Positions 18,243 to 26,839 of a DNA stretch of 64,000 bases are shown piece after piece. Positions within the stretch are counted from its first letter, which is position 1, and each line of letters begins with the position of its first letter. The DNA is from Acidimicrobiia bacterium (lineage in GTDB: Bacteria; Actinomycetota; Acidimicrobiia; Spongiisociales; ZC4RG35). The translations under genes and the position numbers were made by a program. The stretch covers positions 2,112,001-2,176,000 of the forward strand of contig CBDBCY010000004.1 in assembly GCA_965203555.1 (NCBI GenBank), read 5' to 3'. Below the pieces are notes generated by a model, which saw nothing but the letters and a program-made list of their open reading frames with translations, searched no databases and was not told the DNA's origin.

Positions 18243-19424
18243 TTAGCGGGACAATTCCCGAAATAGGGGAGTGGGAAAGCGAGGAGTTACCCGTACTCCG
18301 GATAGCCACGCCTCCAAGGCTTCCGCTCGATCAGCTACGGCCGTGTCCCCGTCGGCGCCGATGTCCTCGGTGAGACGGTACACGACCCTTCCGTCGGGCC
18401 GCTGTCCCCAGCCGCCCACTACGCGGCCGCGCCACCAGACAGTGGGTCCGGCATTGCCGTTGCGGTCGAACAAGCCCTCCCGGCGATCCCCCAGGTACCA
18501 GTGGCGCTCTCGCCATCCCATCACGGTGGAATCGAGGCCGGGGAGAAAGGCCGCCCATGGGGTTGGGGTGGGGATTGGCTCGAGATCATCCGCCATGACC
18601 CATGCCGACCCGGTGTCGATCTCGACCTTGGCTAGATCCAAGGCGCGGAGGGCAGGTCGCAAATCCCGGAGGGTCCAACCCGTCCACCATCTGAGATCGG
18701 CTTCGGTCCCCGGTCCGTAGGCGCGTAGCCACCGTTCCACGAGACTCTTTCGGGCGACGGGCGGGTCCATGTCGGGAATGCCGCCGTGCAGCACGGTCTC
18801 CATGGCGGTCCAGCGATACTGGCCGCTGCGCCAGGTTCCCCGGGGACGGCCCCGAATGATGCGGCCCCGGGTTGCAAGAAGAAATAGCACCCGGGTGGAA
18901 ACTCCTACCTTCCCGCCCCATTTCTTGCCTCTGCCGAAGGTAAGAGTTTGTTTCAGTTCCGGCACGTCTTCCCGCAGTTCGGTGGCCAGCGCCTCCCCAT
19001 GCCGGATTATCGCTTCCACCGTAGAGTCTCCCACCCTTTCCAACCAACGCTCACCGTCGTCGGTGATCCCCTCCGCTTCCAGGTATCCCACCAATCGCCG
19101 TTGCTCGGCGGCCGCCAGCGGCAGGGCGCATCCATGGTGCAGCAGGGGAACCAGGTCACCGGAGACGGCGAAAAGGGTACGGCGCATGCCCAGAATCCGG
19201 AAGAGAGACGGTTCGGTGTAGAGGACCGTTTCCATGTCGGGGATGGTCAGGCCGTCCACTCTTGCCCACGAGGACAGGAACGGGGTGGCGGGGTCGCTGG
19301 TGTGGAGTCCGACCTGGTCGTGGGCGGCTTCGACGGGGGACCCCGCTCGGCTCTCGGGATGGAGGTGATGGCGGACGGCCAGCCGGGCGCGTCGCTCGTC
19401 GACACCGATCCGCCTGCTCACCAT
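18243..19424 (-). CDS. AlkZ/HTH_42-family DNA glycosylase-like protein
   Basis: GLHTSDP.TPFLS.WAR, MRRTLF, YGPGTEADLRWWTG, LPGLD, DRNGNAGPTVW..GRVVGGW. Confidence 0.85.
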   Translation of the reverse strand: MVSRRIGVDERRARLAVRHHLHPESRAGSPVEAAHDQVGLHTSDPATPFLSSWARVDGLTIPDMETVLYTEPSLFRILGMRRTLFAVSGDLVPLLHHGCALPLAAAEQRRLVGYLEAEGITDDGERWLERVGDSTVEAIIRHGEALATELREDVPELKQTLTFGRGKKWGGKVGVSTRVLFLLATRGRIIRGRPRGTWRSGQYRWTAMETVLHGGIPDMDPPVARKSLVERWLRAYGPGTEADLRWWTGWTLRDLRPALRALDLAKVEIDTGSAWVMADDLEPIPTPTPWAAFLPGLDSTVMGWRERHWYLGDRREGLFDRNGNAGPTVWWRGRVVGGWGQRPDGRVVYRLTEDIGADGDTAVADRAEALEAWLSGVRVTPRFPTPLFRELSR

Positions 19425-19531
19425 GGCTGGATCAGTCTATTCGAAGGCAGGTGGATCGGTCCTCCGTTGGTTTCATGATTGGTTTGTACCGGGCTGTGCG
19501 GCCCGGGACAAACCTTCTCGATGCGCGCCGG

Positions 19532-20890
19532 TTACCCCACCACCGGGACTTGCTGCATGGCCTCGGCCACCTTTTCATCGGGATACTCGTAGTCGGTCAG
19601 ACCGCCGGCAAGATAGTTGTCGTAGGCGCTCATGTCGAAAGCTCCATGTCCGCACATGGCGGTGAGAATCACCTTCTCCTCGCCGCTTTCCCGGCACTCG
19701 TTGGCTACCCGGATGGCCGAAGCCAGCGCATGGGTGGGCTCCGGCGCGGGAACGATGCCCTCGGTGCGGGCGAACTGTACGCCAGCCGCGAAGCATTCAT
19801 TCTGTCCAATGGCCTCCGCCTCGATCAGTCCCAGTTCGTAGATGTGGGAGAGCAGGGGAGACATACCGTGGTACCGCAGGCCCCCGGCATGGATCGGATC
19901 TGGAATGAACGAGTGACCCAGGGTGTGCATCTTGATGAGCGGCGTCATCCCGATGGTGTCGCCGAAGTCGTACCGGTACTCACCCTTGGTGAAGGAGGGA
20001 CAGGAGGCCGGCTCCGAGGCGCGTATGGTCGGACTGATCCTTCCGGCCAGTTTCTCCCGCAGGAAGGGGAACATCAACCCTGAGAAATTGGAACCACCTC
20101 CGGTACAGCCAACGATCACATCGGGAGTGTCTCCGGCCATGGCCATCTGATCCAGAGCCTCCTCTCCGATGACGGTCTGGTGCAGGAGGACGTGATTGAG
20201 CACGCTCCCCAGCGAGTACTTGGCCTCTTCATTGGTGGCGGCTACCTCCACAGCTTCAGAAATTGCGATCCCCAGGCTTCCCGGAGAGTCGGGATCGGAA
20301 CCCAGCACGGTCCGCCCGGCGTTGGTCACCTCCGAGGGTGACGGGTGGACCGTAGCGCCCCAAACTTCCATCATCGACTTGCGGTAGGGCTTCTGTTTGT
20401 AGGAGGCGCCCACCATCCAGACCTCGCAGTCGAGGCCGAAGATGGCGCACGCCAGCGACAGTGCCGAGCCCCACTGCCCGGCGCCGGTCTCGGTGGTCAG
20501 CTTCTTGACGCCCTCCTGGGCGTTGTAGAAGGCCTGCGCCACCGCCGTATTGGGCTTATGGGACCCGGCCGGGCTTCCCCCCTCGTACTTGTAGTAGATG
20601 CGAGCGGGCGTGTCGAGCGCCTTTTCAAGGCCGGTGGCCCTATAGAGAGGAGTGGGTCTCCACATGCGATAGACATCGATCACCTCTCCGGGGATGTCGA
20701 TCCGGGAGTCCCCCGATACTTCCTGAAGGATAAGCGCCATGGGAAAGAGGGGCGCCAAGTCGGCAGGACCCACCGGCTCGTGGGTTCCGGGGTGCAGGAC
20801 CGGCGGGGGCGGGGCCGGCAGGTCGGGGATGATGTTGTACCAACTGCTGGGAATCTGGGACTCGGCGAGAGTAAACTTCCTTTGAGCCAT
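19532..20890 (-). CDS. trpB2: Tryptophan synthase beta-like PLP enzyme (TrpB2)
   Basis: [40 protein letters not shown]. Confidence 0.95.
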   Translation of the reverse strand: MAQRKFTLAESQIPSSWYNIIPDLPAPPPPVLHPGTHEPVGPADLAPLFPMALILQEVSGDSRIDIPGEVIDVYRMWRPTPLYRATGLEKALDTPARIYYKYEGGSPAGSHKPNTAVAQAFYNAQEGVKKLTTETGAGQWGSALSLACAIFGLDCEVWMVGASYKQKPYRKSMMEVWGATVHPSPSEVTNAGRTVLGSDPDSPGSLGIAISEAVEVAATNEEAKYSLGSVLNHVLLHQTVIGEEALDQMAMAGDTPDVIVGCTGGGSNFSGLMFPFLREKLAGRISPTIRASEPASCPSFTKGEYRYDFGDTIGMTPLIKMHTLGHSFIPDPIHAGGLRYHGMSPLLSHIYELGLIEAEAIGQNECFAAGVQFARTEGIVPAPEPTHALASAIRVANECRESGEEKVILTAMCGHGAFDMSAYDNYLAGGLTDYEYPDEKVAEAMQQVPVVG

Positions 20891-20965
20891 GGTCGGTCCT
20901 CGTTTCGTCTCGGGTTGCCTTCAACTGTGGCTGATAATAGAGAACCCCACAATGCAGGTGGACTG

Positions 20966-21544
20966 ATGACTGTCACTGCTCCCCGATCGCTTCCCTGGAC
21001 CAACAATCCCGACGCCGACCGGCTGTTGGCCACAGACCCGCTGGCTTTATTGATCGGCATGCTGTTGGACCAGCAATTCCCCATGGAAAGGGCATTCTTC
21101 GGTCCCTTCCTGCTTCAGGAGCGCTTGGGCCGCGCTTTGGAAGCGGGTGAGATCGCTGATTGGGACCCCGAAGAGATGTCGACGATTTTCCGGGGTCCGC
21201 CTGCCATCCATCGTTACCCGACCTCTATGGCCAAACGTACCCAGGCCCTTTGCCAAGCGCTGGTGAACAAATACGACGGGCAGACCGAACGCCTGTGGAA
21301 CGAAGCGGCGAGCGGACGGGAGTTGTACAAGCGCCTTATGAGCCTTCCCGGTTTCGGGGAGATGAAGTCGCGGGTGTTCGTGGGTGTGCTGGGCAAGCGT
21401 ATGGGAGTTCGGCCGCCTGGCTGGGAGGGGGAGGCGGCTCAGCGGCCGTCCATAGCCGACGTGGCGCGCTGGGAAGACGTGGCGGAGCTCCGAGCGATGA
21501 AGCGAGAGATGAAAAAGGCCGCCAGGGCCAAAGCTAAGAAGTAA
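20966..21544 (+). CDS. HhH-GPD-type base-excision repair protein (actinobacterial)
   Basis: DPLALLIGMLLDQQFPMERAF.GP, PPAIHRYP, LPGFG; Lys-rich tail. Confidence 0.88.
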   Translation: MTVTAPRSLPWTNNPDADRLLATDPLALLIGMLLDQQFPMERAFFGPFLLQERLGRALEAGEIADWDPEEMSTIFRGPPAIHRYPTSMAKRTQALCQALVNKYDGQTERLWNEAASGRELYKRLMSLPGFGEMKSRVFVGVLGKRMGVRPPGWEGEAAQRPSIADVARWEDVAELRAMKREMKKAARAKAKK

Positions 21545-21587
21545 CTGCTCAGCGCTACCGCGAGAAAGCCGCCTATTCTCTCTAGCT

Positions 21588-22190
21588 ATGAAGATTGATT
21601 TCTATTTCGACCCTGTCTGTCCGTGGTGCTGGATTACCAGCCGGTGGTTAACAGAGGTAGCTCCGCAACGCCCGGTCGACATTCGCTGGCGTACCTTCAG
21701 TCTTTACATCAAGAACCAGGGCCGTGAGCTCCCTGACGAGTATTGGGAGGTAACCGACTGGGGACGGGGAGCGCTGCGGATAGTGGAAGCAGCCCGCGCT
21801 GCCGAAGGCGAAGAGTTCGTGGGAGATTTCTACACCGAACTGGGGGCCCGCTTTCACCACGACGAGGAGTATTTGCCGGACTTGGCTGACAGCCTGGAAG
21901 CCATCGGTCGCTCTCCGGACTGGGCCGCCGCCGCCGACGACCGGCAGTGGGATTCGGCCATAGAGGAGTCCATGTCTGACGTGTTGGGCCTGCTGGGAGA
22001 CGATATCGGAGTGCCGTCGATTGTGTTCGACGGCAAGTACGGCTACTTCGGGCCAGTGATCTCCCCGGCGCCAACCGGTGAGGCAGCCCTGAAACTATTC
22101 GACGGCTTTGCCGCCCTGGCCGCTCAACCGGGGATCTGGGAGGTAAAACGAGAGCGCACCGTAGGGCCAGTTTTCGGCCCCCGCCCCTGA
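21588..22190 (+). CDS. DsbA-family / Rv2466c-like mycothiol-dependent reductase
   Basis: DFYFDPVCPWCWITSRW, G.DIGVP, FGPVISPAPTGEAA. Confidence 0.88.
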   Translation: MKIDFYFDPVCPWCWITSRWLTEVAPQRPVDIRWRTFSLYIKNQGRELPDEYWEVTDWGRGALRIVEAARAAEGEEFVGDFYTELGARFHHDEEYLPDLADSLEAIGRSPDWAAAADDRQWDSAIEESMSDVLGLLGDDIGVPSIVFDGKYGYFGPVISPAPTGEAALKLFDGFAALAAQPGIWEVKRERTVGPVFGPRP

Positions 22191-22339
22191 TCTGGGAAGC
22201 TATCCCCACCTCGAAGTCGATGTCAAGAACCAACTGCTGGCCATACGAAAGCTAAGATGTCCCACCTGAGTCGCGAAGAACGATCCGCCATGACCAAGAT
22301 GGCGGCGCGCTTGGTCGACACGAACTGACCCCCCACCCG

Positions 22340-22726
22340 TTGTGGCTATGCAAATCTCCATGGCACCTGTTGCACATGTGGGCGAGATTGGGATTGACCA
22401 TGGAAGAGCACCCTGTCTTATTGAAGAATGCCCTCCGAGCCGCGGCCAAGGAGGCGTTTGAGGACCCGACGGCGATGAAGGAACATCTTGAGGAGATACC
22501 TGATCCGTTCGCTCCCAACGTGGAAACCCTAACGGACGACGAGACACAGGAGATAGCAGAACTCGCCCAAACGTTCTACCCTGCTTTGGCGGCCATCTCA
22601 GGAGGCCCAGGCTACGAAACCGCACACCGAGCGGTCTATAAAGCCGCTCTAGCCTACGGTTTTCCATCCACTGCCGCCCACACCCTGGCCTCCGACGTTG
22701 CACATCGCATGGAGGTTCCTAGGTGA
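22340..22726 (+). CDS. Hypothetical protein (start uncertain)
   Basis: 128-aa helical ORF with no recognised motif. Confidence 0.4.
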   Translation: MWLCKSPWHLLHMWARLGLTMEEHPVLLKNALRAAAKEAFEDPTAMKEHLEEIPDPFAPNVETLTDDETQEIAELAQTFYPALAAISGGPGYETAHRAVYKAALAYGFPSTAAHTLASDVAHRMEVPR

Positions 22727-22765
22727 CCACACCCGTCCGAGAGTCCGCTGACCATTGTCCAACTG

Positions 22766-23191
22766 CTAGGTGTATACGGTGAACGTCTGACGTCTGCCAG
22801 GACCGAAACGGTAGATGAAGAAGTCGACATCGAAAGCTACGACCTCGTGAACGCCCAACCGCTCCATGATCGCCCAACTTGTCCTGTCAACTATGGAGAA
22901 GTCCTGATCCGGAAAAGCCCGGCCGATCTCTGCCGCCACCTGCAGATCTGCGAGACCCGCCGGTTCGACCCGCGCAAGACCCCTTCCAATGTTTTCGATC
23001 AGCGTGTTGGCGGCGGCGCTGCTCTGTCTCCCAGCGACCAGTAGCCATGTCTCGACCAGTACATGATCGCTGGTCAACAGTTGACCCGAGAAGCTGCTGA
23101 GTAAAGCAGCAGCGCGTTCGTGGCTGGCATCGTCCGAATCCGCCGCTGCGTACCAGGCGGAGGTGTCGACGAAAACGGAGACTTCTCTCAG
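22766..23191 (-). CDS. vapC: VapC PIN-domain toxin; the only in-frame start candidate is CTG
   Basis: The frame extends upstream of the track ORF to VFVDTSAWYAA; also TSDHVLVET, FSIVDRTSWAIM, FDVDF; in-frame stop shortly upstream and no ATG/GTG/TTG before the PIN N-terminus. Confidence 0.8.
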   Translation of the reverse strand: MREVSVFVDTSAWYAAADSDDASHERAAALLSSFSGQLLTSDHVLVETWLLVAGRQSSAAANTLIENIGRGLARVEPAGLADLQVAAEIGRAFPDQDFSIVDRTSWAIMERLGVHEVVAFDVDFFIYRFGPGRRQTFTVYT

Positions 23192-23436
23192 ATTCTCTTC
23201 CGATCGGCGCGTTCAGCGACGGCGCTGTAAACGGCTGCGGAGCGTTCATTCGCGATGTCGCTGCCGCCGGAGGCGAAAAGTCCGATGATCGAAGCCAAAT
23301 CGGCTTGGGGTCGCGGGGCGTCCAGATCTTGATCAACAAGACGCCGAATGTACTCGGCCATGCTGATGCCCAACTCGGTCGCTTTTCTTCTTACTTGGGC
23401 ATGTTGCTCGGGACTGAGCGCGATCTGTGTTCTCAT
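23188..23436 (-). CDS. vapB: CopG/RHH-type antitoxin
   Basis: MRTQIALSPEQH...GISMAEYIRRLVD...IIGLFASG.SDIA; TATGAT 8 nt before the ATG. Confidence 0.85.
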   Translation of the reverse strand: MRTQIALSPEQHAQVRRKATELGISMAEYIRRLVDQDLDAPRPQADLASIIGLFASGGSDIANERSAAVYSAVAERADRKRI

Positions 23437-23591
23437 GCCGCTACATCATAACAGCAGATATGGGCCACCTACCACACCCCTGAACGGGGGCTCCCCCCAA
23501 ATCGGAGCGATCTCTTCCCATAGTTTCATCGGTGATCCTGAAACCGCGGCAGGCAATGCGGGCTGGAAGAGTCTCTATCCAAATGCTGTGA

Positions 23592-25355
23592 TCACCAGCA
23601 ATCGAGATCGTCGAGCACGCCTACGGCGCCGTCTATCTCGAAACGCATGGAATAGGAGTCATGACTGAATCCATCCCAGATCCTCATCCATAGGGACCCG
23701 GTATTGGCGTTGCGTAGCCGTGAGACGAATTGCGTTGCGGTCTCTTCGGCGAAAACTGCGGATTCGAAGTCCTCGTCGCTCCACCACCACTCTGCGACGA
23801 GATCCTCCATGTTCGCAAACCGGTACTCCACTATCACGGACCCGTTATCGCCCACAGCACTCTGGATCAGCCAGTCCGTTACCACGAAGATGGAGTTCCA
23901 ATTCGAGTTGGATACTCCGCACCGCACGATCAAAAAGGGAGATTCCTCCCACGAATACCCACTGTGTTCCGTTGCTGTAAGGTGGTAACCCTCATATTTG
24001 CCATCGATGCCTTCACCAGTGAAGTGGGCCCATTCGCCGATGTCGCCTGACAAGGAGGCCTCATCTGGTTCGGCGGCGCGGAGGTCCGGAAGGCGCTGTC
24101 GGATGGTGGTCTCCGCCACCGCGTAAGAGAGACCCTCGACTTCTACATCGACGATCTTTTGCACGACGAGACCGATCACCTGTCCGCATTCGTTGAGGAG
24201 TGGTCCCCCACTGTTGCCGGGATTGAGTGCAGCATCGGTGACGATCAGAGTGCCGAGATCGGCGCGGGACTCGGTGCGCGATAACACCCCGCTGGTGACG
24301 GATGGCTCAGACGCCACGTAGACGGGAAAGCCGACGCCGAACACCCGATGACCGGGACCGATGTCGGAAAGGTTTCCGAACCGAAGAGCCCGAATGCCGC
24401 TCCCCGAAGCCCGGAGCAGCGCCAAGTCGGCGGCGAGATTGCTCCCAACAACACTGGCGGTGAGGGAGTTTCCCCCGCGTCGGAGAGTAACGCTCTGCTG
24501 GCCTTTGATTACATGGGCGGCAGTGAGCCATTCATCGTTTCCGATGTAGAACGCCGTGCCGAGGCCATCGCCGGCGTGGACCTGGTATACCGCCTCGGAC
24601 ACACGGGCGGCATGATCGGGGAAGTCGCAAGCCGCTCTCCTGGGTGGCGCAGTTGTCGTAGTGGTGGTTGTGGTGGTCACGCTGGACGGTATCGGAGAAT
24701 GGGAAGGCGCGCAGGTATCCGGCGCCACCGTCCGGCAAAGGAACAACACCATCTCTTCCCTGGACAGCGAAGTCCCGTACCCAAAGATCCCGGCTGCGAC
24801 ACCCCCGGTGATTCCCTGCTGATACGCCCATCCGATCGGGGCGCTTGCCCAATGGTCCGGATCGGTGGGAACGTCGTTGAAGGCATCGCTTCCGGCCGGA
24901 CCCCCGGTCGGCGATCCTTTCGCCCGGTACAGAAAAGTCACCATCTGCTCGCGGGTGAGAGTTCCGGCGCCGCCGAACTGGGTGGCACTGGTCCCGCTGG
25001 TTATTCCCTGCTCGACCGCCCAACCGATGGAGAAATTCGCCCAATGGTCGGCCGGGATATCAGCGAACTTGTCGCTTCCCTGGGTCCCTGCACCGCAGGC
25101 GTCCGGATCGAAGGCCCGGCAGAGGAAGGTGACCATCTGATAACGGGTGAGGGTCTGCCCCATGCCGAACCGGTTGTTCCCCACCCCGGCGGTGATGGCG
25201 TTGGCCGCCGCCCACCCGATGGCGGTTTCAGCGATGTGACCCGGAGGCACATCCTCGAAGTCGGGCGCGGTCTGTCCCGCGGCAAAGCCGACGGTGAGCG
25301 ACAGACCTGCCAGGGCGGCTGCCAGGCTCGCGATCATCCGCTTGGCGAGGCTCAT
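23592..25355 (-). CDS. Secreted S-layer-homology (SLH) domain protein with a trypsin-like (S1C) serine protease
   Basis: Signal peptide, three F.D(V/I)P..H...W...GIT.G...TR.QMV.FL repeats, Thr linker, triad TAAH / DLALL / GNSGG, extra C-terminal domain. Confidence 0.88.
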   Translation of the reverse strand: MSLAKRMIASLAAALAGLSLTVGFAAGQTAPDFEDVPPGHIAETAIGWAAANAITAGVGNNRFGMGQTLTRYQMVTFLCRAFDPDACGAGTQGSDKFADIPADHWANFSIGWAVEQGITSGTSATQFGGAGTLTREQMVTFLYRAKGSPTGGPAGSDAFNDVPTDPDHWASAPIGWAYQQGITGGVAAGIFGYGTSLSREEMVLFLCRTVAPDTCAPSHSPIPSSVTTTTTTTTTAPPRRAACDFPDHAARVSEAVYQVHAGDGLGTAFYIGNDEWLTAAHVIKGQQSVTLRRGGNSLTASVVGSNLAADLALLRASGSGIRALRFGNLSDIGPGHRVFGVGFPVYVASEPSVTSGVLSRTESRADLGTLIVTDAALNPGNSGGPLLNECGQVIGLVVQKIVDVEVEGLSYAVAETTIRQRLPDLRAAEPDEASLSGDIGEWAHFTGEGIDGKYEGYHLTATEHSGYSWEESPFLIVRCGVSNSNWNSIFVVTDWLIQSAVGDNGSVIVEYRFANMEDLVAEWWWSDEDFESAVFAEETATQFVSRLRNANTGSLWMRIWDGFSHDSYSMRFEIDGAVGVLDDLDCW

Positions 25356-25445
25356 CGCTTCATGCTCCGTTCTTCCTGCCTCATAGCCTGGCGCGGAGGT
25401 GGGACATTTCCAAGACGGATTGGGCACTTTAGAATGTCGGGAAGA

Positions 25446-26252
25446 ATGTCTTCTCCTCCCACTATCGCCATTCTTGGCGCCGGGGCGATGGGGTCCGCCT
25501 TGGCCAGGGGTCTGTTGGGTAATGGCTGGCGTCCGGATGATCTGGTCCTGGCCGAAGTTGTGGCTGAGCGAGCCGTCCAGGTGCAGGCTGAGTTGGGGTG
25601 CAAGTGCGTCTCCGACCCGGCCGAGGCGGTCAGGGGTCGGCAGGCGGTGGTGGTGGCGGTCAAGCCCCAGGACATAGAAACTCTATTGGGGCAGGTGGCC
25701 GCCGCGATTACCACGGATCAGTTGGTGATTACCCTGGCTGCCGGGGTCCGCATCGAGACTCTGGAAGACGCCTTGGGGGATACTCCGGTGGTGCGAGTGA
25801 TGCCCAACACACCGGCCCTATTGGGAAAGGGCATCGCAGGGCTGGCAGGCGGCGCACATGCGGAATCGAGCCATATGACCATGGCCCGGATGGTGATGGA
25901 AGCGGTGGGAGAGGTGGTGGAACTGGAGGAGGCTGACTTGGACGCGGTCACGGCAGTTTCCGGTTCCGGCCCCGCATATGTTTTTGCCCTGGCCGAGTCG
26001 ATGACTGAAGCTGCTCTCAAGCTGGGCCTGTCTCCCGAGGTCGCAACCGAGTTGGTGAATTTCACTGTTTTGGGAGCGGGAGAGATGCTGGTACGCACCG
26101 GTCACAGCGCCGGTCATCTGCGTCGACAGGTGGCATCCCCGGGCGGCACGACGGCCGCTGCTCTGGCGGTTATGAAAGAAGGGGGATTCTCCGAGTTGGT
26201 GGTTAGGGCCCTGGAAGCCGCCAACGCCCGTTCCATCGAACTGGGTGGATGA
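25446..26252 (+). CDS. proC: Pyrroline-5-carboxylate reductase
   Basis: GAGAMG, AVKPQ, RVMPNT, SGSGPAY, SPGGTT. Confidence 0.96.
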   Translation: MSSPPTIAILGAGAMGSALARGLLGNGWRPDDLVLAEVVAERAVQVQAELGCKCVSDPAEAVRGRQAVVVAVKPQDIETLLGQVAAAITTDQLVITLAAGVRIETLEDALGDTPVVRVMPNTPALLGKGIAGLAGGAHAESSHMTMARMVMEAVGEVVELEEADLDAVTAVSGSGPAYVFALAESMTEAALKLGLSPEVATELVNFTVLGAGEMLVRTGHSAGHLRRQVASPGGTTAAALAVMKEGGFSELVVRALEAANARSIELGG

Positions 26253-26728
26253 CGCAACCGGAAGGACCAGGTAGAGGACTCATGCAGGCGCCGGACTTCA
26301 CCCTCTTGGACCAGGATCGGACCCTGGTCTCCCTATCGGACTTCTCCGGTCGGAGATTGGTGCTGTTCTTCTATCCGAAGGCCATGACGCCCGGTTGCAC
26401 GGTGGAGGCGGGTGATTTTCGTGACAGCTACCAAGAATTACTGGATGCAGGCTTGGCGGTGGTGGGGATCAGTCCCGATCCGCCGGAGAGACTGGCGGAA
26501 TTCCGTCGCCAAGAGAGTCTGCCTTTCCCCTTGCTGTCCGATGCCGATCACGAGGTGGCTGAGGCGTTTGGCGCCTGGGGCGCCAGGAAGCTGTATGGAA
26601 GAGAGACGGTGGGGCTCATCCGTTCCACCTTCGTGTTGGGTCCCGACGGTGAGATGGAAAGGGCCTTTCGGAATGTCCGGGCCAAAGGGCACGTAAGCCG
26701 CCTGAAGCGGGATCTGTTGGATCGCTAG
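26249..26728 (+). CDS. bcp: Thioredoxin-dependent thiol peroxidase (Bcp/PrxQ)
   Basis: APDFTL, FYPKAMTPGCTVEA, RSTFV; single Cys. Confidence 0.93.
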   Translation: MTQPEGPGRGLMQAPDFTLLDQDRTLVSLSDFSGRRLVLFFYPKAMTPGCTVEAGDFRDSYQELLDAGLAVVGISPDPPERLAEFRRQESLPFPLLSDADHEVAEAFGAWGARKLYGRETVGLIRSTFVLGPDGEMERAFRNVRAKGHVSRLKRDLLDR

Positions 26729-26839
26729 GCCCCCCGTTTACTCATGGAGGTGGGTTGAGTATCCTTTGGCCGGACTAGCGGGGCAGTGACGTTCTAGAGG
26801 GCCCCGATTGACATCGAACGCGGGGAGCTGGATCAAAAC

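Noticed and set aside
20345-20965. Long N-terminal extension of the HhH-GPD ORF
   Set aside because: Antisense to trpB2; the real start is about 20966.
24348-25445. Apparent 634-aa ProC fusion
   Set aside because: The extension is the antisense strand of the SLH protease gene.
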